A stretch of DNA of 64,000 nucleotides from a virus (IMGVR_UViG_3300023174_005299:8512-72511); one strand, 5' to 3'; positions 10,164 through 19,565 are shown, counted from the first letter of the stretch. Made by a program: numbers and translations. The notes: generated from the letters alone by a model not told the origin.

Positions 10164-10424
10164 TTATAATGTTTTGCCGACTGTTTCTAAAATTGTTTCC
10201 AGTAACTCATGATCCAGTTTGGCTTTACCAAACTCGGCTTTGTGTGCAACCCTTATTGCTTTTTTAAGCACAGCAGGTTTGATCTCTAACTCCTCGGCAA
10301 TGGCCTTGATGGTGTCATTAAGGCCAGCATTGAGAGTTTCAACTTCGTGCATGACTTGCATACCCTCATTGATGATTTGTGTGAGTTTGAGTTTTTGCTC
10401 ACCATTAAAAGTTTTGGTATCCAT
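10164..10424 (-). CDS. small helical DNA-binding protein (T4 DsbA/GapR-like)
   Basis: Start MDTK at 10424 with GAGG RBS; LNDTIKAIAEELEIKPAVLKKAIRVAHK pattern. Confidence 0.55.
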   Translation of the reverse strand: MDTKTFNGEQKLKLTQIINEGMQVMHEVETLNAGLNDTIKAIAEELEIKPAVLKKAIRVAHKAEFGKAKLDHELLETILETVGKTL

Positions 10425-10443
10425 ATGTCCTCGGTAAAATTCA

Positions 10444-10472
10444 ATTATACTAGCAAGTTTTCTATTTGTCAA
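10444..10472 (-). promoter_or_regulatory. sigma70-type promoter
   Basis: TTGACA-N17-TATAAT on the minus strand upstream of 10424. Confidence 0.85.
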
Positions 10473-11749
10473 TACCTATAAGCATCGGGTTTGTATGGTC
10501 CGGCTTGATTGACACTGATATAGTTTGCTTGTTCTTCGGTTAACTCGGTGAGTTCGGCATGACATCTTGCAAGGTGCAGTCTAGCTACCATTTCGTCTAA
10601 GTGCTTGGGCAATACATAAATCTCACCAATTTCATAATTGTTGGTATTAGTGTAAAGTTCAATCTGTGCCAACACTTGGTTGGTAAAACTGTTGCTCATC
10701 ACAAAGCTGGGGTGACCTGTGCCGCAACCCAAATTCACCAAGCGGCCTTTGGCCAACATGATAATGCGCTTGCCGTCGGGGAACACAACGTGGTCCACCT
10801 GGGGCTTGATTTCTTCCCACACTAAGTCGCCTAAACTTGCAACATCAATCTCATTGTCAAAGTGTCCGATGTTGCACACAATGGCATTGTTTTTCATACG
10901 GCTCATGTGATCAAAGTTGATGACATTCACATTGCCGGTGGCTGTGACAAATATGTCAGCTTTGTCGGCAGCATAGTCCATGGTGACAACTCGATATCCC
11001 TCCATAGCAGCCTGTAGTGCGCAAATAGGATCAATTTCTGTAACCCAGACTTGTGCGCTGAGTGCACGTAATGCTTGTGCACTGCCCTTACCTACATCTC
11101 CATAGCCAGCCACCACAGCAATCTTGCCAGCAATCATTACATCAGTGGCACGTTTGATACCATCTACTAGACTTTCACGGCAACCATACAAGTTGTCAAA
11201 CTTGCTTTTGGTCACACTGTCGTTGACATTGAACACACGGAACGGCAAATTGTTGGCCAGTTGTTTTTCTTTTAGTCGATAGATACCTGTGGTGGTTTCT
11301 TCACTGACCCCTAGGATACCCGGCACAAGATCGGGAAAGTGTGTTTGAATACGATCAGTTAAATCATGTCCATCATCTAACACCATGTTGGGTTCCCAAC
11401 CAATCAAGGTTTGATCAATGCACCACCAATACTCTTCTTCAGTCTCACCTTTCCAGGCAAACACCGGAACTCCCAAGTCAGCCAATGCGGCAGCGGCATG
11501 ATCTTGTGTGCTAAAAATATTGCAACTTGACCAGCGCACTTCGGCACCTAGATCTATCAATGTTTTGACCAACACAGCAGTTTGAATAGTCATGTGTAGA
11601 CTACCCACAATTCGTGCGCCGGCCAAGGGCTTTTGATCACGGAACTGTTCTCTAACTGCAATCAGTCCCGGCATTTCGGTTTCAGCGATGGCAATTTCTT
11701 TGTGTCCCCAGCTGGCTAGGGCAATATCGGCAATTTTAAAATTATTCAT
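10469..11749 (-). CDS. ahcY: S-adenosylhomocysteine hydrolase
   Basis: [54 protein letters not shown] and terminal YRY; likely start MNNFK. Confidence 0.97.
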   Translation of the reverse strand: MNNFKIADIALASWGHKEIAIAETEMPGLIAVREQFRDQKPLAGARIVGSLHMTIQTAVLVKTLIDLGAEVRWSSCNIFSTQDHAAAALADLGVPVFAWKGETEEEYWWCIDQTLIGWEPNMVLDDGHDLTDRIQTHFPDLVPGILGVSEETTTGIYRLKEKQLANNLPFRVFNVNDSVTKSKFDNLYGCRESLVDGIKRATDVMIAGKIAVVAGYGDVGKGSAQALRALSAQVWVTEIDPICALQAAMEGYRVVTMDYAADKADIFVTATGNVNVINFDHMSRMKNNAIVCNIGHFDNEIDVASLGDLVWEEIKPQVDHVVFPDGKRIIMLAKGRLVNLGCGTGHPSFVMSNSFTNQVLAQIELYTNTNNYEIGEIYVLPKHLDEMVARLHLARCHAELTELTEEQANYISVNQAGPYKPDAYRY

Positions 11750-11767
11750 GTTTGTAATATAGTTGTT

Positions 11768-11865
11768 AATGCTCACTTCAGACTACAAAGGTAGCGAGTC
11801 TTTTTCGTCTAGGCAGCAGCCGCCCACACACTCGGTAACGAGTACCGGTCCTAAGGTGTGTTCTT
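11768..11865 (-). ncRNA. candidate structured RNA upstream of ahcY
   Basis: GC-rich stretch with stems CACAC/GTGTG, ACTCG/CGAGT, GGC/GCC, AGAC..AAAG/CTTT..GTCT; family not recognised. Confidence 0.45.
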
Positions 11866-12105
11866 TTTAAGTGTGTAATACACTTTAATTTGATTTATCA
11901 TTTCTTTGAGCACGGTGTCAGATTCTGACGCACGTCTAATTTCACCCCAAAGTTTATCTTCTCGAATCTGGTCAACAAGACTTTTGGCCCGAGTATTCTG
12001 TCCAATCATTATGCGTTCAGACTTACCAAGTTCTCTAGCGTATACTGTGTCACCACCGTCGGGACTTTCGTAGATGTAAGTAGCACCTGGTTTAAGTTTA
12101 CCCAT
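11851..12105 (-). CDS. hypothetical protein
   Basis: YIYESPDGGDTVYARE motif; coupled ORF. Confidence 0.7.
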   Translation of the reverse strand: MGKLKPGATYIYESPDGGDTVYARELGKSERIMIGQNTRAKSLVDQIREDKLWGEIRRASESDTVLKEMINQIKVYYTLKKNTP

Positions 12106-13202
12106 CAATTTGTTAGGTAGTCCACAGCATAGTCTTGATCCACAAGACTTTTATGACACTTTTGTTCACACTCTACCCAAGCACAGCTTTGATCATCGAA
12201 GCTGTTGAATAAGTGCGACCAAGCATCATCATTTAACACATCCTCTAGACTGCGATGGTGTAGATTTATACTGTCCTTGAATTTGTTTTGAAAATTATCT
12301 TTGAAATGAATGGTTTTGCGATCATTGCCCATCTCTCGATAAGTGTAGCTGGTCCAACTGCAGGGATGCAATAACCCATCAGCACTGACATAGATGGCAC
12401 GATTTCCAATTTCACACAATGGTGTGATAAATGTGTTGTGTTTGTTTTTGACCTGCTCAAATCTCTGCTGTGTTTCAGCCATGAATTGTTGATTCAACTG
12501 TTGCCGTCCTGACAAGTTGATCAACCGACGTTCGTATCTATGACTTTTGCTGATCCATTCTGCTCTAGGTTCAAGCTCATCGTGGTCGCCATTGTATCGC
12601 TCGCCATACTTGCTGCCAAACTTGGTGCTCAATGTCAACTGCAACCCATCACATCCAATGGATCTAGCCTGTTGTTCAATGTTGGCAAGATGATCTTGAT
12701 TGAATTGAAAAACAATTGTGGCCCAGTAAACAAAGGCCTTGCTGTGTTGGCACATGATATTCATGCCGGACATGATGCTGTCCCAGTCGCTGTTGACTCT
12801 GTATAAATTGTTGCTGGCTTGATCATAGCCATCTACACTGAAATTCACAGTGTCATACTCGTTGCTGATTTTTGCAAAGTCGTGCCACCAAGAGTCCTTT
12901 TTGTAACTGCCATTGGTGATGGTGTACAAGTGTATGCGATCATTGTGTGTTTTGATGTAATCAACAATGTCTAGATATTGACTGGCATAGATGGGGTCAC
13001 CAATGTCACCGCACATAGTAATGCGTTGCACTTCGTTTTTCAACAGATCTGGACTCAGCACCTTTTTAAAGAAATTCAAATCAAGTTCTTTGTTTAATTT
13101 AAAAACAGGCTCTTCGTCATTTCTAGGACATCGTGGGCACTTCAGGGTGCATTTACCACTTACTTCAAAGTGCCAATGATATAACTGCCAGGGATATTTC
13201 AT
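12105..13202 (-). CDS. radical SAM protein with SPASM/twitch-like C-terminus
   Basis: CTLKCPRC (CxxxCxxC), CGDIGDP, FSVDG, DGLLHPC. Confidence 0.9.
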   Translation of the reverse strand: MKYPWQLYHWHFEVSGKCTLKCPRCPRNDEEPVFKLNKELDLNFFKKVLSPDLLKNEVQRITMCGDIGDPIYASQYLDIVDYIKTHNDRIHLYTITNGSYKKDSWWHDFAKISNEYDTVNFSVDGYDQASNNLYRVNSDWDSIMSGMNIMCQHSKAFVYWATIVFQFNQDHLANIEQQARSIGCDGLQLTLSTKFGSKYGERYNGDHDELEPRAEWISKSHRYERRLINLSGRQQLNQQFMAETQQRFEQVKNKHNTFITPLCEIGNRAIYVSADGLLHPCSWTSYTYREMGNDRKTIHFKDNFQNKFKDSINLHHRSLEDVLNDDAWSHLFNSFDDQSCAWVECEQKCHKSLVDQDYAVDYLTN

Positions 13203-13819
13203 TTTTCTAATCTAATGTGTTTTAGCAAGTGCTGTTGATCACCCAATGCAGTTCTCACTGGTGCCACCAAGTCTTCGGGCACCATGTAATTTTGTCCAGC
13301 ATACCAGGCATCAATCTCTGAGTGCGGCACTGTGCCGTTGTGTCGATTGTATCTAAGATTGGTTTTGCATAGACCGGGTTGTATGTAAGTGAGTCCAATC
13401 TCGGGAGGTAGTTCACGCTGTATGCCTTGGCAGAAAGTTTCAAGTCCAGTTTTGGACACTGTGTAGGGAATTTTACCCGGCCATACATAGTCGGTGGAGG
13501 TGCTACCAATCACAACGATCTTGCCCCAGTTGGGAGGCCGTTGAGCAAGATAGAATTTTACCAAGTGCATGTTGGCAATCAAATTCACTTGTATGTTGTA
13601 TTGCCAGTCATCGTCGGGCATGTCAACAAATGGTTGGTTTCCACTGCGGTCAGCCCCGGCACACAACACAAGTGCATCAAAGTCATTTAACAATGCCAAG
13701 AAAGGTTTGGATAGATCTAGTTCACTGCGAGGTAGTGCAACTACATCATGGTCTTTTTGTAAATCTTTATTAATTGCTTGTCCGATACCACTCGAACCAC
13801 CGGTCAAAAATACTCGCAA
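13199..13819 (-). CDS. short-chain dehydrogenase/reductase
   Basis: TGGSSGIG NAD-binding motif, YTVSK catalytic motif. Confidence 0.9.
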   Translation of the reverse strand: MRVFLTGGSSGIGQAINKDLQKDHDVVALPRSELDLSKPFLALLNDFDALVLCAGADRSGNQPFVDMPDDDWQYNIQVNLIANMHLVKFYLAQRPPNWGKIVVIGSTSTDYVWPGKIPYTVSKTGLETFCQGIQRELPPEIGLTYIQPGLCKTNLRYNRHNGTVPHSEIDAWYAGQNYMVPEDLVAPVRTALGDQQHLLKHIRLEK

Positions 13820-13865
13820 AATGTGTCCTTAAAATTTTAGTGTACTATCAAGTAGACTATAATTT

Positions 13866-13895
13866 ATTATACAACCATTGTACAGCCAATGTCAA
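13866..13895 (-). promoter_or_regulatory. sigma70-type promoter
   Basis: TTGACA-N18-TATAAT on the minus strand upstream of the SDR gene. Confidence 0.7.
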
Positions 13896-13909
13896 GCTAT
13901 TTTAAAGCT

Positions 13910-16213
13910 TTATTGCCAGACGCCGCCTTTGTTTTTGTACCAGATTTTAGCCCATCGATTGGCATCTTCAACAAGATGTTGATCAAACCTACTTGATGCT
14001 GCCACCTGTGCCTGTTCCCACAATAATAAATTTGAAGGTTTCAATTGGTTCTCAGTGATGCTTTCATTGGGCACACAGTTGCGTACTTGTCCGCCATTCT
14101 TACCTTTTTTAGTGCCCTCGGCGTGCTTGCCTGGCCAACAACGTGTGTAACCATTGGCGTCTTTTTGACCTTTTTTGATCTCATTGATATTGCCATGTGT
14201 TTGACACATGCCACAGTCTTCACACACCATTTCCATCTCTGTGCTTTCATTGTGTTTCTTCTTACCTGCACAGTGAGCACGTTGGCTAAACCCTTTAGGG
14301 TGAGAGCAGTTGATTGAATTTTTATACTTTTGGCTCCAGGCTTCGTTTAGTTCTAATTCACTGTGCGGGAAGGCAATATATGTGTCACCGTTGACATCGC
14401 CTGGACGAATTAAAAATACCCCTGCATCATCATCACCAGATTCATCTTGACCAATTTCCCAACCCATTGAAGCCAATGTTCGTTGTGCTTTGGCCATTTG
14501 TTGCTCTGTGCCCAACCACCATTGTGAGGCCAACTGCTTTAGAATATGTTCTTCATCGGGCTCACGGTCATCACCACCAGGTGGTGCAAATTCACTTAAT
14601 TCTTTTTTTTTAGCAATGGCAGCTTCTTCTACAGCCTTTTTAAACCCCTTGCCTGGTACCCAACCTGCAATGGGCTTGCACTTGCAACTATCTCCGGGAC
14701 ATTTGCAGTTTTTCATACCACATTGCATACAGCGTTTTTCTGTGCTTTCGGCTACGCCCTGTTGTGGATCGTTGGGGTTGGTGGTCAATACAAACTCTTT
14801 GCCTTTGTTGAACAGTTTAGCCTGCATTGTTAATGCGGCTTTGTTTGCGGCAGCCTTGCCACGGTACGAGTAGGGATTGCCTTGTTTGTCTCTAATGAGT
14901 TTGCCATTGAGACGAATATACCAAGTCTGGGTGTCACGATCTAAGTCATGTCGCTCATCATCTCTTGCGCCACGTGCAAACCCTGTGGTATTGGCATGAT
15001 ATTTTTGGCCTGCTTCGCCTAGACCTTGCTCCATTTGTCCCAATGTTTGTTCAACTTGGCGTACCCACCCGCTGACATCACTGCTTCCAATTTCTTCTAC
15101 GTCGCCCACAAAGTCGGCAACTTCATCAATGGCATTTAAAACTTTTTCAGGACCGTACTTGCTCAATAAGTCAACTCGTTGGCTCATGATGCGACGTGTG
15201 ATAGCACCGGCCACTGGACTGTGTTCTTCACCTTCTGCCACACCTTGTTCTTTATCAGTGTCAATCAACGTAAAGTTTTGCATACGCATTTTTGCTTGTT
15301 GTTTTAATTGTTGCCATTCTTGTTGCTTTGCGGCTTTTTGTTCTGGAGACATAGCGGCATACTCTCTACCACTAATGCGAACCTCGACCTTTTCTGGGTT
15401 GGAGCCTTCTGCCACGCTTTCTTTTTTAGCAGCCAGCTCAGCTCTTTTCTTCATTAATAATGCCAAGCCTGAATTAGGAGCAGGTTCTTTATTACCATCC
15501 TCTGCCACACCTTGCTGGCTATACTTGTCAATCGCTTGGCCAAGCCATAACCTATAAAAACCAGGGCGTTCATTATATGCGCTAGTGCCGAGTACAGTTA
15601 TTAATGCGGCTATAGCATCATTTTCTGTTGGGCCTTTCATTTTGGCTGCTATTTTATCAACAAGTGGATCAAATCGTGGTGTATCTTCTGCCATACCTTG
15701 TGTCTGACTCAATGCTTGTTTCTGACGCAATGCATCACGAGCCATTACTGTGTTTTCACGCGAGTTGTCGGGACCAAACCCATGTAATCTATTGCCGGCA
15801 GCAACGCCTGCACCTGTGGCCTTGCTGACATCTTTTGGTGTTGAGGAATAGCCACTTGTTGGGTTTGCACTCCACGCATCCATCTTATCGTATGCTCTGT
15901 TTTGAACTGCACCCAGTGCCGCTCTACCTGCCGGAGTGTTTCCAATTTCACTTAATTGTTCTTCCGCTATACCTTGTTGATCTTTTTGTAACCATCCGTA
16001 AACACTTACTAGGTCACTGGGAAAGTCTGCGTCGTAGTTGAACACAGACATGGCTCTTTTATTACCCAGTGCTGTTACTGCCAAGGGCCAGGCCGCATCT
16101 AGTATTTGATTTTCATCATGGATGTTGGGATTGGCATCAAACACTTGTTTTGCCAGGTCTTCGGCATAGTTGCCGCCACTGTTTGTGTTTTCAAATAGTT
16201 GATTGAGATTCAT
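13910..16213 (-). CDS. modular polyprotein with repeated QGVAE-type linkers
   Basis: 767 aa of short unrelated modules separated by QGIAE, QGMAE, QGVAE (x3), ESVAE, QGLGE; Cys-rich mini-modules. Confidence 0.8.
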   Translation of the reverse strand: MNLNQLFENTNSGGNYAEDLAKQVFDANPNIHDENQILDAAWPLAVTALGNKRAMSVFNYDADFPSDLVSVYGWLQKDQQGIAEEQLSEIGNTPAGRAALGAVQNRAYDKMDAWSANPTSGYSSTPKDVSKATGAGVAAGNRLHGFGPDNSRENTVMARDALRQKQALSQTQGMAEDTPRFDPLVDKIAAKMKGPTENDAIAALITVLGTSAYNERPGFYRLWLGQAIDKYSQQGVAEDGNKEPAPNSGLALLMKKRAELAAKKESVAEGSNPEKVEVRISGREYAAMSPEQKAAKQQEWQQLKQQAKMRMQNFTLIDTDKEQGVAEGEEHSPVAGAITRRIMSQRVDLLSKYGPEKVLNAIDEVADFVGDVEEIGSSDVSGWVRQVEQTLGQMEQGLGEAGQKYHANTTGFARGARDDERHDLDRDTQTWYIRLNGKLIRDKQGNPYSYRGKAAANKAALTMQAKLFNKGKEFVLTTNPNDPQQGVAESTEKRCMQCGMKNCKCPGDSCKCKPIAGWVPGKGFKKAVEEAAIAKKKELSEFAPPGGDDREPDEEHILKQLASQWWLGTEQQMAKAQRTLASMGWEIGQDESGDDDAGVFLIRPGDVNGDTYIAFPHSELELNEAWSQKYKNSINCSHPKGFSQRAHCAGKKKHNESTEMEMVCEDCGMCQTHGNINEIKKGQKDANGYTRCWPGKHAEGTKKGKNGGQVRNCVPNESITENQLKPSNLLLWEQAQVAASSRFDQHLVEDANRWAKIWYKNKGGVWQ

Positions 16214-16764
16214 TATTTTTCTTCCAAGTAGTCCGCATTGCCTTCGGCCATTTTGCGTCGATTACAGTACATTTCACAAGCCATGACTGCATGTTCTAAA
16301 TTTTTAAATTTTGCTGAGTGTGGTCGGTTTTTAATAGATACACGGAACCCATCATCTTCGTTGCCGTGAATCTTGATTTCGTGGCCATCATCTGTGGTGA
16401 TTGTTTTCACAGCAGAACCAAGCATGTCATCCTGCATTTGTTTATTTGATTGTAGTCCAGTGTCATGATTGATTGCACTGGCAACATCCTGCAAATAGTC
16501 GCCCAAGCGTTTTTTGACATTGCTCACAACATCTTCACTGGCCATGGATTCTTCCACACTTTCACCGCCTACAAAATATTTCTTGGCAGGATGTGCAGGG
16601 TCTGTTTTATCTTTTAAAACAGAAATAGAATTTGGTTTAAACAATGCTGGCATCTGCGGCACAGATTTTTGTTGTTTGTTTAGTCCATGCTTGACATTGG
16701 TGGGGGTGACATCACCTTCATTAATGGCATCAATGCGAGAAAGAATTTTTCTAATGTCACTCAT
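16213..16764 (-). CDS. hypothetical protein
   Basis: 183 aa coupled ORF ending DYLEEK. Confidence 0.75.
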   Translation of the reverse strand: MSDIRKILSRIDAINEGDVTPTNVKHGLNKQQKSVPQMPALFKPNSISVLKDKTDPAHPAKKYFVGGESVEESMASEDVVSNVKKRLGDYLQDVASAINHDTGLQSNKQMQDDMLGSAVKTITTDDGHEIKIHGNEDDGFRVSIKNRPHSAKFKNLEHAVMACEMYCNRRKMAEGNADYLEEK

Positions 16765-17201
16765 GCTCGATTATCTTTCAGGAAACTACGCAACATCCAA
16801 CCATGCTTGCCATGTGCATCAAGACGCTCGGCCACAAAGTTGGCAATGCCTTGATTGTTTTCTTGCTCAGCTGATGCAAAGCATTGATTTAACAAATCAA
16901 TCATGGTGCTGTTGTTGTCAAGTAACTCTTCGATCATCAAACGAGCACGTGGAATCTTTGTTTGTCCTTGGATAACTGATAACTCTAAAAAACGCTCAAA
17001 ACTGCCGGGACTGTACTCGTCTAATGTGCGAATGTATTCAGCAATTTTATCAACAACACCATACACCTCACTGTAAAAATCCCCAAAGAATTCATGCATT
17101 TGAGCAAAGTCTGGACCTTCCACATTCCAGTGAAAGTTTTGTGCTTTGATACTCAGGGCATATTGGGTAGCAAGTAGGGTCTTTAAATCATCAGCGAGCA
17201 T
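16761..17201 (-). CDS. dps: Dps family ferritin
   Basis: KAQNFHWNVEGPDFAQMHEFF, DKIAEYIR, KHGWMLRS; likely start MLADD. Confidence 0.92.
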   Translation of the reverse strand: MLADDLKTLLATQYALSIKAQNFHWNVEGPDFAQMHEFFGDFYSEVYGVVDKIAEYIRTLDEYSPGSFERFLELSVIQGQTKIPRARLMIEELLDNNSTMIDLLNQCFASAEQENNQGIANFVAERLDAHGKHGWMLRSFLKDNRA

Positions 17202-17355
17202 TCTTTTTTCCTTTAGGCCATGCATTTACATAGCTATTTTTATATTTAGTTTTATTGGGTAATCCTGGTCGCGTAATTACCTCGCCCATGGGCATGGACA
17301 CTGTGGCAATTCCACCGCTGACTGTGTTTTCTCTGACAAATTCTCGTGCTCGCAT
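17191..17355 (-). CDS. 54 aa protein with MRAREFVRE N-terminal tag (below ORF-track cutoff)
   Basis: ATG at 17355 overlapping the upstream TAA; MRAREFVRENTVSGGIATVSMPMG...KKNAR stop. Confidence 0.7.
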   Translation of the reverse strand: MRAREFVRENTVSGGIATVSMPMGEVITRPGLPNKTKYKNSYVNAWPKGKKNAR

Positions 17356-17642
17356 TATTCAATCACCAAAACATTGTTTTCTTCCCAGTGTGCATCGCCA
17401 TGTTCAACTGCATGGCAGTCAATGGTGATTTGTGATGCACAAGGAGCAATGGATTCAACTTCAAGTTGATATCTTCCAGGAACTGCTTCTATTTGTAATA
17501 TTTGTTTTAGATAATAATTGGAGTCCCAGCGCCAACTGCGTTCGGTGAATAATTCACCGTTGAGATACACACGATAAACTGGGGGTATCCCCTCCCAGTT
17601 ACATTCTAAATCAAACACAGCTAGAACAAATTTTTTATCCAC
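17355..17642 (-). CDS. hypothetical beta-rich protein
   Basis: 95 aa ORF preceded by TAAATA. Confidence 0.65.
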   Translation of the reverse strand: MDKKFVLAVFDLECNWEGIPPVYRVYLNGELFTERSWRWDSNYYLKQILQIEAVPGRYQLEVESIAPCASQITIDCHAVEHGDAHWEENNVLVIE

Positions 17643-17649
17643 TAGATAT

Positions 17650-17856
17650 TTAGCGGAGTTTAATTTCTTTGGGTTGCCCTACTAGTACATTGCGATCGTT
17701 GTATTGTGCCCGGATAATTCGACGAGCCATTTCAGCATTACGGGCCTGCACAGTGGTGTCTATGATGTTGGTGTATCCCGGCTGTTTTAGTTTTATTTTT
17801 ACAGCAAAGGTTTTTAGGCCTGTTTTTTTAGGATTTAAAAAATCTTGTGCTTTCAT
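17650..17856 (-). CDS. small protein with MKAQDF N-terminal tag
   Basis: ATG at 17856 overlaps the upstream TGA. Confidence 0.7.
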   Translation of the reverse strand: MKAQDFLNPKKTGLKTFAVKIKLKQPGYTNIIDTTVQARNAEMARRIIRAQYNDRNVLVGQPKEIKLR

Positions 17857-18686
17857 TTTTTCTTGCCCGATTTCATATTGGCGCACCAGTGATACATCCG
17901 AGCCCGTTCGCCTGATGCGTTTTTAGCACGAGCACGTAGATCAGTTACTGACCCATCACAACTGGCACCTGCACGTTTCACACGTCCAGGACGACTCTTG
18001 CCCTTGACCTTGCCATCTGCAAAGTTTTCTTTCATGATCCATGTATCTGGTACTTGTTTATACCGGTCTACCCACATGTCATGCAACTTCTGACCACTGA
18101 TGCTGTGAGTTTTTGCAATACGTGTCATTATCTTGTCAATTGTGTCATACACTTGATCATTGCTGGCAGACTGTAATCGTTGTTTGCGAGCCGTCAATGC
18201 CGCTCGTAGTTCTTCCACAGCTTGATTATCTTTGCTGTGGTCCATGTTTTCCGCCACAGTGGATTCCGCGGCAGTACCGATCAAATGCTTTGCATCGCCT
18301 GCCTTGTTCCAGGCCGCCCACATTGCTTGGCCTTGACTTGTTTGATTGTAACTGGGTCGAATATCATTGCCTAACATTTTGGCATACGCATACATTGTGG
18401 ATGCCACACCTTTGTTTCTATATGCTGGGTCAACCTCAGTGCCGCCGCTTTCTAAGTAATCCGCGGATGGATCTCTCTTCCCTCCTGGAGATCTTACAAT
18501 TATTTCAAACAGGATATGACCTATTTCCCTATCGCTATCATAGGCCTTAACTGACAATAATGGCTCACCCATAAACATTTCAACTGATGCTTTGTAAGTA
18601 TAATCACCAATCTTTTGTGTGTGTCTGAATCTTCGATTAAGAATATCTGTGTTTATTGTTTCAGTAACAAACTCTTGTGCTCTCAT
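17853..18686 (-). CDS. tagged GNAT acetyltransferase-domain protein with extra C-terminal modules
   Basis: MRAQEFVTE start; VDPAYRNKGVASTMY acetyl-CoA motif A; modules after TVAE and IMKE. Confidence 0.75.
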   Translation of the reverse strand: MRAQEFVTETINTDILNRRFRHTQKIGDYTYKASVEMFMGEPLLSVKAYDSDREIGHILFEIIVRSPGGKRDPSADYLESGGTEVDPAYRNKGVASTMYAYAKMLGNDIRPSYNQTSQGQAMWAAWNKAGDAKHLIGTAAESTVAENMDHSKDNQAVEELRAALTARKQRLQSASNDQVYDTIDKIMTRIAKTHSISGQKLHDMWVDRYKQVPDTWIMKENFADGKVKGKSRPGRVKRAGASCDGSVTDLRARAKNASGERARMYHWCANMKSGKKK

Positions 18687-19564
18687 GCTAGTCCAATCTT
18701 GCCAGGTGCCATTGGTCCGTCTTTGATTCTTTCACCGCCATCAAAGTAACGTATTTCAATGGGCATGTCCTGCCAGTTTAATCTGTAGGCAGCCATGATA
18801 CGATGATTGCCTTCGTTGACCCATGCTTCACCATTGTAGGCCACCATGATATAGGGCAGGTATTCCTGATCGGGATTACTGCCCATGGGCGGCAACTTGC
18901 CTGTGCGTTCCATGTAATCCATCAACCACTTTAAGTCATCTCGACGCACATTGGTTTGTTCGTTGCGCATGCCGGGAAGAGAAGCCAATCTCATTACACG
19001 CACTCTAGGTGGAGTTCCAACAACACCGGCAGTAGTGCTACCCATATAAGGAACACCGTAGCTGTTGCGGCCTTTGCTTTGAGCATAGTCTATTTTATCT
19101 TGTAACCATTCTTCGTTGGGTACATCTACACTTAACTTGCCTTCTGTTACTGTTTGCTCTTTGATTCGTGGATTTAGGGTTTTTATGTGTGTAGCATCGC
19201 CTTGTTTTTCCCACTTATTCCACATGGCCTGGCCATCATCTGTTTGATTGGTAGAAGGTGATATGTTGGCACCCAGCATACGCATCACAGCATACATGTT
19301 TGCGGCAATACCTTGTCCCTGCCACTCTGGCTCTACATGAGTGCTTAGACTTTCCAATCCCGGACGAGTTTTGTGCTTCCAAAATCCTGCTTGAGCAATC
19401 ACTTCGTTGTTTTTGTCAGTCACAGTGACCACCGGGCCAAATCCTTGATCATTTGTTACTTCGTACATGACGCCATTGATTTCCTGACGGAACTCAAACC
19501 CCGGTTGCATCACATCCTGGTTGAATTTTTCTTTGTATTCGCGTAAAAACTCTTGTGCTCTCAT
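18683..19564 (-). CDS. tagged GNAT + ParB/Srx-like domain protein
   Basis: MRAQEFLRE start; VEPEWQGQGIAANMY; after TVTE linker, EGNHRIMAA ParB-like motif. Confidence 0.75.
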   Translation of the reverse strand: MRAQEFLREYKEKFNQDVMQPGFEFRQEINGVMYEVTNDQGFGPVVTVTDKNNEVIAQAGFWKHKTRPGLESLSTHVEPEWQGQGIAANMYAVMRMLGANISPSTNQTDDGQAMWNKWEKQGDATHIKTLNPRIKEQTVTEGKLSVDVPNEEWLQDKIDYAQSKGRNSYGVPYMGSTTAGVVGTPPRVRVMRLASLPGMRNEQTNVRRDDLKWLMDYMERTGKLPPMGSNPDQEYLPYIMVAYNGEAWVNEGNHRIMAAYRLNWQDMPIEIRYFDGGERIKDGPMAPGKIGLA

Positions 19565-19565
19565 A

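Noticed and set aside
11768-11865. Canonical SAH riboswitch, SRP RNA or group I intron core
   Set aside because: SAH core absent; SRP GNRA helix absent; intron-like Q and R words are in the wrong order
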